From a virus, in the IMG/VR virus record IMGVR_UViG_3300026097_000011, positions 74,588 through 138,587 of that record: a DNA stretch of 64,000 nt. The stretch is one strand, 5' to 3'. Below are positions 38,374 through 49,090 of the stretch, piece by piece. The notes under the pieces were generated by a model. It saw nothing but the letters and a program-made list of their open reading frames with translations. It did not search any database and had not been told where the DNA came from. A program made the position numbers and the translations under genes. Position 1 is the first letter of the stretch. The number at the start of each line of letters is the position of its first letter.

Positions 38374-40470
38374 ATGGCTGTTACACCATTATTAAAACCG
38401 ATTCAAAATAAGAAAGGAATCTTATACACCTTTCAAAGTGCTTTAGAGGATATTGATCTAAAGGTTGCTAATGGTGAGAACAATGTTAGATACTCTAAAT
38501 TTGCATTACTTAATATTCCTAATTTTGGAACTCCAGATTCTCTAGAATTTGATAATAAATTTCAATTTTTAGCACAAGGAGAATCTACATTATTAGAGGG
38601 ATTAAATACGGACCAAAATATAAACTTAGCTCAGAGTTTTCAAAGTTATGCACTTAATATGGAGGCACTGTTAATTAGTCGTCCTCAATATATGAGAGAT
38701 GCTGAAAGAACCGTATCGGAGCGAGTATTTTGGAAATGGCTAAAGGAATCTGGCTCTATCAGATTCAGAGATGCTAATGCAATTGAGAAAAATACAGACA
38801 TACTTGAAACTGAAAAACGATTTGTAGAGGAATACAATGCAACTAGCACATATGAAAGAGTAGTTCAATATATCGGAGACATTGACGTTGTTAATTCAAT
38901 AAAGTCTCCAGAAAATTCTTACACAGAGGTTTATATTCATATTCCTACTAATGTGGGAAGTACAACTCATGTATTATTCGAATCTATTAAAGATGATAAT
39001 TATTATCCTAATATGACTGTTGCAAATAACGCAAAAAATCCATTAGATATAGAATACTTATCTGGTAGAAGATTTGATGAAACACATCCATTTGGATTAT
39101 CAGTAAAAGCATATTACGATTTAGATGATGCAAGTGTTTATACTGAAATTTCTGATGAATTTGGAGGAAATACTGTGCCAGGTAATTGGTTTACTCAAAC
39201 AATTAATAACTCATATTATACTGATAATATAAATGGAGAATATGATATAGCGAATACAGACTGGATAACTAAGCAGCTTGGAGTAGATTCAGTTGGATAT
39301 GCTAGAACTACACTTGATGGAATATCATTAGATTTCAACTTGGATAATTATAAACTAGCTGCTGAAAACCCAAATATTAAAGTATTTTCACAATTTAATG
39401 ATTACATTGCAAATAAAGACTTTCAATATAATGCTATCCTAATTTATTATGATACATATGATGCAAATGATTTAGATGCGAATGGAAACCCTAATTCATT
39501 TACAACTAATTTATATGGGGTAATGTTCCTTGATAAAATTGAACAGGCAGGATTAGAATTTGAAATTCCGTCAATTACAAAATATAAACCAGATCCTCTT
39601 AATAAGACAAACGGTAATTCATTCTCTTATAAAATGAATCTTAAATTAGATACTTCTGTTGAAAACGTACTGGTTGAAAAATCAATCAATGATTATTCTA
39701 CTTTTTCAATGGATTTATTTACTGATGTTTTAACTGAATTTAAAAGAATCCAAACTAGGTTAAATGATAAGTTGTTAGAGATAGAAGGAATAACACAAGA
39801 AGTTAGAGAGTTAAAGGACTTAATGATTAACAGTGAGGACCTTAATGAGTTAAATCTAAAAATAGATAACTTAGAAACATCAGTCACTGAAAATCAAGCT
39901 ATTTTTAATAATACAGGAGAATTAATGAGAATGATAGAAAATGTAAATGATAAAGTAGTCGATATAACAAATGGAGATGCAAATATTGAAGTTACATATA
40001 ACACTGATGTTCTTAAAGCAGGAGATGGAATGAGACTTGATAAACGTACCCCTAATAGAGTTAGACTTGAAAATACAAATCAAGAATATAATATATCTAA
40101 TAATTCAATTGTGAGTATTTTCGATAATAACGTAATTGAGCTTGGAAGATACTCTAATTATATTAGACATGAAAACAACGGAGATGTAATTATATTAATA
40201 AGAGATCTAGAAATATTCATAGATGACTCTACTATTCCATGGAGTAAAGGTCAAACTTTAAAGTTAGTAATAGATGATGAATTAAATCCAGATGTATACG
40301 ACCTTAAAATTAAAACTGATGCTATTAATAAGGCTGGAAACGGAGTATTTGGAACTACTATTGGAGTATTCAATGACTTAGATTTTACTCCATCTGGAAA
40401 CAGGCCAATTTTTGAAATCATATGTATAAATGCAGAAACTCTAGAATTTAAAATAGACAAAATAAGATAA
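38374..40470 (+). CDS. Virion structural protein with coiled coil
   Basis: 698-aa ORF in the late operon. Confidence 0.55.
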   Translation: MAVTPLLKPIQNKKGILYTFQSALEDIDLKVANGENNVRYSKFALLNIPNFGTPDSLEFDNKFQFLAQGESTLLEGLNTDQNINLAQSFQSYALNMEALLISRPQYMRDAERTVSERVFWKWLKESGSIRFRDANAIEKNTDILETEKRFVEEYNATSTYERVVQYIGDIDVVNSIKSPENSYTEVYIHIPTNVGSTTHVLFESIKDDNYYPNMTVANNAKNPLDIEYLSGRRFDETHPFGLSVKAYYDLDDASVYTEISDEFGGNTVPGNWFTQTINNSYYTDNINGEYDIANTDWITKQLGVDSVGYARTTLDGISLDFNLDNYKLAAENPNIKVFSQFNDYIANKDFQYNAILIYYDTYDANDLDANGNPNSFTTNLYGVMFLDKIEQAGLEFEIPSITKYKPDPLNKTNGNSFSYKMNLKLDTSVENVLVEKSINDYSTFSMDLFTDVLTEFKRIQTRLNDKLLEIEGITQEVRELKDLMINSEDLNELNLKIDNLETSVTENQAIFNNTGELMRMIENVNDKVVDITNGDANIEVTYNTDVLKAGDGMRLDKRTPNRVRLENTNQEYNISNNSIVSIFDNNVIELGRYSNYIRHENNGDVIILIRDLEIFIDDSTIPWSKGQTLKLVIDDELNPDVYDLKIKTDAINKAGNGVFGTTIGVFNDLDFTPSGNRPIFEIICINAETLEFKIDKIR

Positions 40471-40474
40471 TATA

Positions 40475-43400
40475 ATGGAGACTAAACACACAATAGAAGC
40501 TTTACTAAGTAGATTAGTTGTTGATGTAGATAATATGAACTCGTTCATATATAGTCTACAAAAAATGCTAGACTCTAAGTCTGAAAATGTAACAATCACA
40601 CAGACTCTAGAAGATGGAACAACCAAAGAAATTAATGTACCTTCATTTGGGTATATGAAAAGTAAAATCGATAACGTAAATACAAATTTCGAAACTCTAG
40701 TTTCTGCAAATAACGACGTTATTGGTATAAAATCTTCAAATGGTGATGTTCGTAAATTTGAACTTAAAAAGGTGTCCAAGCTTTTACAAGAACTAGAAGA
40801 AGTGTCTAATACAAACGTCGCTATTCCAACTTCATTTGGAATTAAAAATAACTGGTTTTTTGAATCATTCCTGAATCCATTATTATTTGTAAGCATTGAT
40901 GTTCAATCTATATTAACAGATGATATTGATCAATTTCAAGTAAAAAGATTAATTATTAATTCTGTAGATGATGATGATCTTACATTTTTCGCAGATAACT
41001 ATTTAAATAATAACACTATTGATTTAAATGAAGCTAGGGCTACATTAGAAGAACAGGGTATTGATTTCTTTGAGGATGATAATATAGTTCAAATGGATAC
41101 TGCGGTTAATAGATTCAAAGGAACATTTGATTGTCTTAGAATCATGGAAGAAGACGTTGATCAGGTGATAGTTGCAACTGGAGAAACTGTAACTGTAAAT
41201 AGAAGAAGGTACAAATTAAGTTCTCTAAATTATACCGATATCTTAGATAATGCTAACAACACTAGAATACTATCAGAAGGAGATGTTTTAATAACTGACC
41301 TAGATTCAGAATATAAAGTCGTATCGGTAAATAAAACTGATACTGAAGTAGTTCTTGAAAGAATATTTGGAGTCGAACCTATTACAATAGGAGCCGATGT
41401 TTTAAGAATGAAGCCTGTTAAATATAGAACTCCTGAGCTTCAAGTAAATGTAGGATTTAATGAAAGAGAAATCATATTTATTAAACCCGTTAGTAAAGCT
41501 CAAAATTTAACAATTGATGATTATTCAAACGGATTCGGAGTTTTTTCAAATAACTTAACTATCACTCTTGAAGATGAAAGTGAATCTACATTAGAGGAAT
41601 ACTACAATAATTTTGTTGCTGATTTTGGAATGATACTATTAAGTGCAGCTAAAGAAAAAAAGATTCCAGCAATACTTGCAGAAACACCAGATGCCCCAGT
41701 AGTAGATGCTTCAAATTTTGAAGTTGTTCAAATAGATTCGCATATTAAAGAAGATGAGGACGAAGAAGAAATTAAAAATCAAGTAGCTGAAAAGGAAAAT
41801 CTTAAAGTTAGAGTTAAAGAAAATCTAAAGAAGATTGATGATCTTAGAGCTCAGCTAAACGATACTGAAAAATCAACTTCTGAGAAAAACAGAATTGACA
41901 AAAAAATTGCTTCTTCTATAAAGGAAAAAGCAACAATTCAATCTCAATTAAGTTCTACAGTTAGAGAATTAACTACTAAACTAAGTACTACTCCCGCATT
42001 TAATAGAACTTCTAAATATAGAGTAAGAGGATTCTGGCCAATTCCTGAAGCTAAGGATAGTGTTTCAGGGTCACAGAACGTAGTTCAATTTAAAATTAGA
42101 TATAGATACTTGTCTAAAAAAGGAAGTGCTCCTAATGCAACTCAGAGTCGTATTAGACAAGCAGACGATACAGATTCAATTGCACTGTTTTCTCCGTGGA
42201 CTGAAATAACTACTAAGCCTAGAACTAGAGTATTGGATGAAACTACTGGGTTGTATACTTGGTCAACTGAAGATTTATCATCAGCTGAAGAAGTTAATCC
42301 AAATCAATTGGATTTATCTATTAGAAAAGGAGAAACATTAGAATTCCAAATCAAATCAATATCTGAAGCAGGATGGCCAGATAACGCAGCTGAGTCAGAA
42401 TGGTCAACCCCAGTTCAAGTACCATTTCCAGAATCAATTGAATCTGCTGAAGAGGCTAGTGTGATATCACAGAGATTATTTGCTGAAGAGGCTAGATTAG
42501 ATTTCGAAGACGAATTAACTGCTAGAGGTTTAGATTTACATCTAGGAAATCAATTTACAACAGGTGAAAGGTTTTTTGCTCATAAAGCAAATGATATTGC
42601 ATCTGGGTTCTTCACAACTGAAGGAAATATTATAGACCTATTCGAAAAAATTAAAACTCTAGAATTAACAGTCGAATCGTTAGAACAGGCGCTTGCGCTT
42701 GATACTGGAGTTATTAAAGTATCTGTTATTGATAATGAAGGTAATGTGTCTGAAGTTAAAAATGGAGACACACTTAATTTATTCGCTGGTTATTATAGAG
42801 ATCAAATTAAAGATACGTCTGGAACATCAGTTGTATATAATGACGGTAGAATAATAACCAAACAATATTCGATATCAATCGAAAATACATCTGCAACTAA
42901 GCTTGAATTAATCACTCTATTAAAAGGAGGAATTGAGCAACCTGTTATAACATCTGATCCGATTAGTAACCCAGATTCAGACTACCATATTAATAGAAGG
43001 TATGACCTAGTTCCTATGTCTATTAACTCGGCAGTTGAGGCTGATTCAAGAGAATATTATATTCACCCAGCTGGATTCCAATCACAGCAGGTAAATAGCC
43101 AATATATACATTCTAGGTTTAAAAACTACGGATTATCTACCGATATGTACGATTATTATCCACTTGGTGGATTGGGATGGGCAAGTGCTGTTACTAATCA
43201 AACGCCAAATGCATATGATGGACAAACTATAGGATCAAATGTTGTTCCATTACAGGGAAACATGTATGTTCCATTTAGACCAGGTGAAAGTAACAATTCT
43301 ATTATTCCACATGGTGGAACTAACTCCGATGTTTGGCTAGGAACAACTAATACAACAGCTGTTCCACAGGGATTTGGATATATAACTGAATTTTGTATTC

Positions 43401-44056
43401 ACAAAGATCATCCTGATCTTCAAGCACTTGCTCCAAACTTAAATGTAGGAACATCTGCATCTAGTCGCCAGAATTTATTTGGACCATATGTAGCTGGAAC
43501 AAATCAGGAATATTTGCCGTTTGCACATGCTCCATTTATGGAAACATCGGTTAATGAACAAACCGGGGTTTTAGGAAACAATTATAATATTCAAGCAAAT
43601 AGACAAACTCCAACTGAAGCAACGTCTGCGTCTAATTCCACTAATAATGATTTTCCTATTAAATTAGGATTTGCTCCAAATGATGAATTCTTAATTGGAA
43701 AATATACATGTGGATCATATTTATATATGTTCCCTAATAACTATAAAGATATATCAGTAGATGGAAATCATCCTGTTCTATCAACTAAGGCTATTGTAAA
43801 TGGATCAGAGAATGCAGTTAATATTCCAGTTTTATTTCAATATCGATGTTCAGATAAATTATCTTTTATCGGAGGATTTAGAACCAGTGAGACATTAAAG
43901 AATATAAAATATTCAAAGAAGATCGGAATTGATATCTTTGTTAAAGATGATGTACCATTTTCTTTTGATATTGAAGTATCGACTCAGTATAAAAAGGAAA
44001 CAACTATAGATTCACCAATTGTGCCATCTAGAGGAGCTGTTCCAGTAACTTTTTAA
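40475..44056 (+). CDS. Large virion structural protein (coiled coil, FN3-like segments)
   Basis: 1193 aa; FKIRYRY...FQIKSISEAGWP...SEWS FN3-like pattern. Confidence 0.55.
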   Translation: METKHTIEALLSRLVVDVDNMNSFIYSLQKMLDSKSENVTITQTLEDGTTKEINVPSFGYMKSKIDNVNTNFETLVSANNDVIGIKSSNGDVRKFELKKVSKLLQELEEVSNTNVAIPTSFGIKNNWFFESFLNPLLFVSIDVQSILTDDIDQFQVKRLIINSVDDDDLTFFADNYLNNNTIDLNEARATLEEQGIDFFEDDNIVQMDTAVNRFKGTFDCLRIMEEDVDQVIVATGETVTVNRRRYKLSSLNYTDILDNANNTRILSEGDVLITDLDSEYKVVSVNKTDTEVVLERIFGVEPITIGADVLRMKPVKYRTPELQVNVGFNEREIIFIKPVSKAQNLTIDDYSNGFGVFSNNLTITLEDESESTLEEYYNNFVADFGMILLSAAKEKKIPAILAETPDAPVVDASNFEVVQIDSHIKEDEDEEEIKNQVAEKENLKVRVKENLKKIDDLRAQLNDTEKSTSEKNRIDKKIASSIKEKATIQSQLSSTVRELTTKLSTTPAFNRTSKYRVRGFWPIPEAKDSVSGSQNVVQFKIRYRYLSKKGSAPNATQSRIRQADDTDSIALFSPWTEITTKPRTRVLDETTGLYTWSTEDLSSAEEVNPNQLDLSIRKGETLEFQIKSISEAGWPDNAAESEWSTPVQVPFPESIESAEEASVISQRLFAEEARLDFEDELTARGLDLHLGNQFTTGERFFAHKANDIASGFFTTEGNIIDLFEKIKTLELTVESLEQALALDTGVIKVSVIDNEGNVSEVKNGDTLNLFAGYYRDQIKDTSGTSVVYNDGRIITKQYSISIENTSATKLELITLLKGGIEQPVITSDPISNPDSDYHINRRYDLVPMSINSAVEADSREYYIHPAGFQSQQVNSQYIHSRFKNYGLSTDMYDYYPLGGLGWASAVTNQTPNAYDGQTIGSNVVPLQGNMYVPFRPGESNNSIIPHGGTNSDVWLGTTNTTAVPQGFGYITEFCIHKDHPDLQALAPNLNVGTSASSRQNLFGPYVAGTNQEYLPFAHAPFMETSVNEQTGVLGNNYNIQANRQTPTEATSASNSTNNDFPIKLGFAPNDEFLIGKYTCGSYLYMFPNNYKDISVDGNHPVLSTKAIVNGSENAVNIPVLFQYRCSDKLSFIGGFRTSETLKNIKYSKKIGIDIFVKDDVPFSFDIEVSTQYKKETTIDSPIVPSRGAVPVTF

Positions 44057-44059
44057 TAA

Positions 44060-47000
44060 ATGGCAAGAACTATAGATTTTCAACAAATATTACAAGATGA
44101 AGCAAGTTTTCAACTAGTACGAACTAATCCCAAACTCACGGGAAATGTAAAGCTTACCGTTGATTCCAATGATAACATGTGGCTGAACTCAATTGATGCT
44201 AATGAAGAATTATCAAAGGCGTTATACAAAAGATTTTCAATTGATCCTAGTATGTCGCTTCCTGCTAATATGTTTTCATTCTTTGATAGTGGAGCTACTC
44301 CAAGTGAGATTGTATTTGAATTAAGTGAAAACTTTGAACCTACTAAAACATCAACTGATTTTAAAGACCAATATGACTTTGATAACTATTTCAGTGGAGT
44401 AAACTATTTACCAAGTAGACGATATGATGAAAAGCTATCATACTTTGCTCCAATTTACTTAAAGGAAGATGTTCCAGAATATTTTGTAATATTTAAAATA
44501 GAAGATCCTTTGAATAATCCAATTGATGAAATGGCTGAATCGTATCCTTATGATAAAGAAAATTACATCAAAGAACTATTCAAGAAATCTACTATAATCA
44601 AAACATTTGATTTAAGGCCTACTACTGACGTTGGAAAGTTCTTACGTAAACATGTAGAAAATATTAAGTCTAATCCACTTGAAGTTTCATATGATGAAAA
44701 TACCCTAACTAATTTTTATGGAATATTATATAACTCCGGTGTATTTGGAAAGAGAGGAGAAAATCTATATGATTTTTATAGAACATCAAATCCTCTTAAA
44801 ACATTTGAAGAATTCATAACCCTTGGATTTGAAAGAAATGGAGTTATATTTCCAAACATACTTAATATGGAGTTTATATTTGACGACGACACTTCTGAAT
44901 TATATGACTTTAATAGATATGTAGGAATGTATGTAAATGCTATAGAATTGTCTAAGTGTGATATTGATTTAGATAGAGGATTTAAAGAGAGAAGCACTTG
45001 GGAAAATGAGCCTAGATTTAGAAAAGAATACTTTGAATGGGAAAATGTAAATGTAGATCAAAGTAATGAAGATGGAGTAATAATTCCTATTACAAATCTA
45101 GATGTATATCTTTCTGATTTCGAGGATATATTTAATGACAAAGATAATATGTTCTTTAATTATATAACAGATAAACAAGGGAATTTACATCTCCCATCCC
45201 TAGATAACCCATATAATATCGATTACGAAGGCACAACCGAGCTTAAAAGTGGTAAAATAAAAATGTCGAATACTAGTATTGAACTAGGAGACATGTTTGG
45301 TCCAGGTAAATCATTTTTACAAGATAAAGGAACAGTTAGTGAAGGTTGTGGATGTTCGTTCATATATATTAAAATAGAATCACTAAGCCACTTAGATGCA
45401 TTTAAGTTCTATCATCCACATGGAACTAGAACTGATTCAAATGGTAGATATGAACTAATAGAAGGAGCTTCTAATTTTGCTCCTCTCACTACTCCCACTG
45501 ATTTTTACTACTTTCACGATATTGATAACGTAAACGGAAATGATACTTTTTATTTTAATGTAGATGGAACTAAGTTAGAAGTAGCAAAATCATTAGCGGG
45601 ATGTCTTAATAATATTAGAAGAGGAAGTGTTACTGCTCAAGTATTTAATGAATATGTATTTATTAAAGCAAATGTGAATGGTGATTATGATAGCTTATAT
45701 AAAATGTCATTCGATTCACAACTTAATGATTATTCTGGAATCACAATTAACGATGTTACTGGAACAGATCTAAACTCATTGATTAATTTTGATGGTGGAA
45801 GTATAAACAATGATTCTAATAGATTAATAATAGATTACTCTCACTTTGAAAAAATTAAATCTAGATTAGATAATATTTTAGTTAAAACTAAAAATGGATG
45901 GTCTAAGATTTATAAAATATCTAGATTCATAGATCCTATTAACGAGAAAAATATAAGTACATTAACTGACAGAAGAAATGCTATAGATGAATTTTTTGGA
46001 AAAATGGCAATTGCATTAGAATTACCTAAAACTCCTAAGTTAGAATCTGGAGATTTTACTATGACTCTTAAACATCGTCCAGCGTTTGGATTATTATCAT
46101 TTTTCCCAATTAAAGACTTTGACTTTGACTTCTATTCATCTGAATATTTAAATTTCCCACGTGTTGATTTATATGAGCACTACTATATTCCACCTTTAAT
46201 GAAGGAAATATATAATGATGTCACATATAATATTTATGGAAATGGAGAAATTGATATAAATGGTGTGATTGTTTCATCTGGATCTTCTTATACGGTTCCT
46301 AGTGGAACAGATGGACCATATGAATATCGTGTTATATCTGGAGATGTTATAGTAGAAGCAAAGGGAAATCCAACTGGAACTATTGGATATTGGAATGCAG
46401 TCAATGATGCAGATGAGGAATTAACACAATTTCCAGGATTCTTTCTACTAAAGGATCCAGATAGAGTTGTTCCTGAGATAACTAGTGGAAATCCTGGATT
46501 TGATTTATATAATCTAAGAGATAAGTACTTAAACGGTATTGCTAGATCTGAATATGATTTCTATAAAGAAAATTCATCAAAGGATTTTTCATTAAGGTCT
46601 AAGATTCTTCCATACATTACCAAGTGGGTTTATCCAGACGGATTAGACTGTAGAAGTAATCCATATAGACTTAATACCGAATTAGTATTTGGATTTAATA
46701 ATTTTGCGCCAAATCATGAGGACGCGACTCAAAATCCATCTAATTTTACACATGAATGGTTCTACATCGAATCTAATTTTAGATACACAAGCGACGAACA
46801 TATTGTTAAATTAAATAATTCATATTTTCCAGAACCATTTGATTTAAACAGAGCAGTTACTGAAGATGGGTACTTTATAGATTACTTTACATATACTCCT
46901 ACATTTAATGGAGAAGAAATTGGTAAAACACAAACTAGATACTCTCCTATTCGTAAAAATGCATTAGGAGTATATGAGACGTTTTTTAAAGGGTTCAAAA

Positions 47001-49087
47001 TACAGTTTAAAGATTATATAGATGCTGATAATTTAAATGAAGCAGGTAAGCCTGAATTCAATCCTCTTTCAAATAAATATGATGGATATAAATTCACAAC
47101 ACTACTTAAACCAATCAAAGAAGATATAAATGATGATACTACTCCGCCTATTAGATACAGATTCATAGAACATGAGGAGTTTAAATTCGTTATGTTGCTT
47201 ATTGAATTAAATATAGGATCAACAGATTCAATTGACGAATATTGGTCAACTGAATCAACAACTGATCCATATTCAGGAGTATCTAATGAATCAAGTATCA
47301 TAGGTGAAACACTTAACTATTTAGATACAATTCCAGGAAGTGGAGAATTTGCATATAACTCAATAAATGGAGATTACAGAATTAAATTTGAAGAGGTTGA
47401 TGGAATGGATATTTCTAATATGACACATACTCTTCTGTACTCTCTTAAACATAAGAAATTTAATCAGCTAGACAATAACTATTCAAATATTAGACTTAGC
47501 AACAAATTATGGCTAAGTTCAAGTGGTCTGCTTGGAGCATTCAATGGAGATTATAATATTGATGCTATTCCTAATGTAAATATACCTAATTATCCATCTA
47601 ACTTCAATGATGAGATTCATTTCCCATCTGATGATACGTTCATAATAGGATACGATAAGATTATTTTTCAAGATCAATTCATTGATCTTATTAATGGACT
47701 TACTCCAACTGGAACTAGTAATTTTATATCTACTACTCGTGACACTATTGAATATGTAAATATATCTTCAGTTCCTGGAGCAGCATATGGATTATCTGAT
47801 AATCTAAATAACCTACTTACGTACTTACCATCTGGGATTACTAATTCACAGGTATCTTCAAATTACGTATTTAAAGTGATGAAGGGTGGAGAATTATATT
47901 TTGAATCTCTACTTGAAAAATTATCATTTGGTAAATTTAAAGAGTTAACAAACGAATTAGATTCTTTTGTAGAATATGAAACATATTCATATGATGGAAC
48001 TACTCTCGAGACAAAAGATTCTAATTGGTATACTGAAATTCCTAATAATTCATTTATTCAAAAAGTAGACGCAGTTATTCCTCAAATAGATGAAAACAAA
48101 CCCTCTAATTTATCATTTAATAATCTTATAGGATTTAGATATGATAGATCTGCGTTAGATAACTCATATGAAATTAATAGATACGCAGGAGGATTTGTTC
48201 CACTATTTAAAGATGTATTTACATTTAACTCTAAATTCAATTTTGATAAGAATGAAATAAATTCTCTTGATTTAAGTAACACTAGGTTTAATATAAACAT
48301 AGAAAACTTCTTGAAGCTAGATAATTTCAGCCATATTAAAATTGCAAACACTAAAATATTAGAACTAGAATCTGATGAAGAGTTTGAACCTAAATATGAA
48401 ATTGCTAATGAGATTGCAATAAGTAGATCTGATTACGATCTATTTAATTCAAACTGGGATTTTGGATTCCATCATTTATATACGGACAAATCAACTAATA
48501 AACCAGTTTCTGGAACACTTAGAATAGAAGAAGATTATTCGTTCATAGCTAAGATAATTAATCTTAGGGATATGATTGAATTAGAAGAGTATTCAATAGA
48601 TAAGGTAAATGATGTAAGTAAAGTAAACCTAGATGATTATGAAATAGTATATCAAGATAATAATAGTTCAATAAGCGGTAGAATTAACGTTAATAATGTT
48701 CTTATATCATACTTACTACAGGATGGAATATCTGCTAAATTCACTGAATTTTTAGTAGACCAACCTGGTTACATAGGAAACTTTGAAACAATAGAAGACT
48801 ACGTTAAAGAATATATTAGATTAAACATAACTAAATTGTATGAAATCGTAGAAGTTGAATTTTATACGAAGGAAGATAAAACATTAGATGAACAATCTCT
48901 ACAGTTAAATCAAAACTCAATAGAATTTAGATTATTAGATGATTCTGATCGCTTTGACCAGGGATATAAACTGAACCGAAACATGGAGATAAATAAACTT
49001 GATAGATTTACACTAGGTTTTGAGTTTTCTAAATCGATTAACAGTGGAACATTAGTAAGTCCTAAAATAAAAATTAAATTTATATAA
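44060..49087 (+). CDS. Very large virion structural protein (baseplate-associated, probable)
   Basis: 1675-aa ORF in the late operon. Confidence 0.55.
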   Translation: MARTIDFQQILQDEASFQLVRTNPKLTGNVKLTVDSNDNMWLNSIDANEELSKALYKRFSIDPSMSLPANMFSFFDSGATPSEIVFELSENFEPTKTSTDFKDQYDFDNYFSGVNYLPSRRYDEKLSYFAPIYLKEDVPEYFVIFKIEDPLNNPIDEMAESYPYDKENYIKELFKKSTIIKTFDLRPTTDVGKFLRKHVENIKSNPLEVSYDENTLTNFYGILYNSGVFGKRGENLYDFYRTSNPLKTFEEFITLGFERNGVIFPNILNMEFIFDDDTSELYDFNRYVGMYVNAIELSKCDIDLDRGFKERSTWENEPRFRKEYFEWENVNVDQSNEDGVIIPITNLDVYLSDFEDIFNDKDNMFFNYITDKQGNLHLPSLDNPYNIDYEGTTELKSGKIKMSNTSIELGDMFGPGKSFLQDKGTVSEGCGCSFIYIKIESLSHLDAFKFYHPHGTRTDSNGRYELIEGASNFAPLTTPTDFYYFHDIDNVNGNDTFYFNVDGTKLEVAKSLAGCLNNIRRGSVTAQVFNEYVFIKANVNGDYDSLYKMSFDSQLNDYSGITINDVTGTDLNSLINFDGGSINNDSNRLIIDYSHFEKIKSRLDNILVKTKNGWSKIYKISRFIDPINEKNISTLTDRRNAIDEFFGKMAIALELPKTPKLESGDFTMTLKHRPAFGLLSFFPIKDFDFDFYSSEYLNFPRVDLYEHYYIPPLMKEIYNDVTYNIYGNGEIDINGVIVSSGSSYTVPSGTDGPYEYRVISGDVIVEAKGNPTGTIGYWNAVNDADEELTQFPGFFLLKDPDRVVPEITSGNPGFDLYNLRDKYLNGIARSEYDFYKENSSKDFSLRSKILPYITKWVYPDGLDCRSNPYRLNTELVFGFNNFAPNHEDATQNPSNFTHEWFYIESNFRYTSDEHIVKLNNSYFPEPFDLNRAVTEDGYFIDYFTYTPTFNGEEIGKTQTRYSPIRKNALGVYETFFKGFKIQFKDYIDADNLNEAGKPEFNPLSNKYDGYKFTTLLKPIKEDINDDTTPPIRYRFIEHEEFKFVMLLIELNIGSTDSIDEYWSTESTTDPYSGVSNESSIIGETLNYLDTIPGSGEFAYNSINGDYRIKFEEVDGMDISNMTHTLLYSLKHKKFNQLDNNYSNIRLSNKLWLSSSGLLGAFNGDYNIDAIPNVNIPNYPSNFNDEIHFPSDDTFIIGYDKIIFQDQFIDLINGLTPTGTSNFISTTRDTIEYVNISSVPGAAYGLSDNLNNLLTYLPSGITNSQVSSNYVFKVMKGGELYFESLLEKLSFGKFKELTNELDSFVEYETYSYDGTTLETKDSNWYTEIPNNSFIQKVDAVIPQIDENKPSNLSFNNLIGFRYDRSALDNSYEINRYAGGFVPLFKDVFTFNSKFNFDKNEINSLDLSNTRFNINIENFLKLDNFSHIKIANTKILELESDEEFEPKYEIANEIAISRSDYDLFNSNWDFGFHHLYTDKSTNKPVSGTLRIEEDYSFIAKIINLRDMIELEEYSIDKVNDVSKVNLDDYEIVYQDNNSSISGRINVNNVLISYLLQDGISAKFTEFLVDQPGYIGNFETIEDYVKEYIRLNITKLYEIVEVEFYTKEDKTLDEQSLQLNQNSIEFRLLDDSDRFDQGYKLNRNMEINKLDRFTLGFEFSKSINSGTLVSPKIKIKFI

Positions 49088-49090
49088 AAT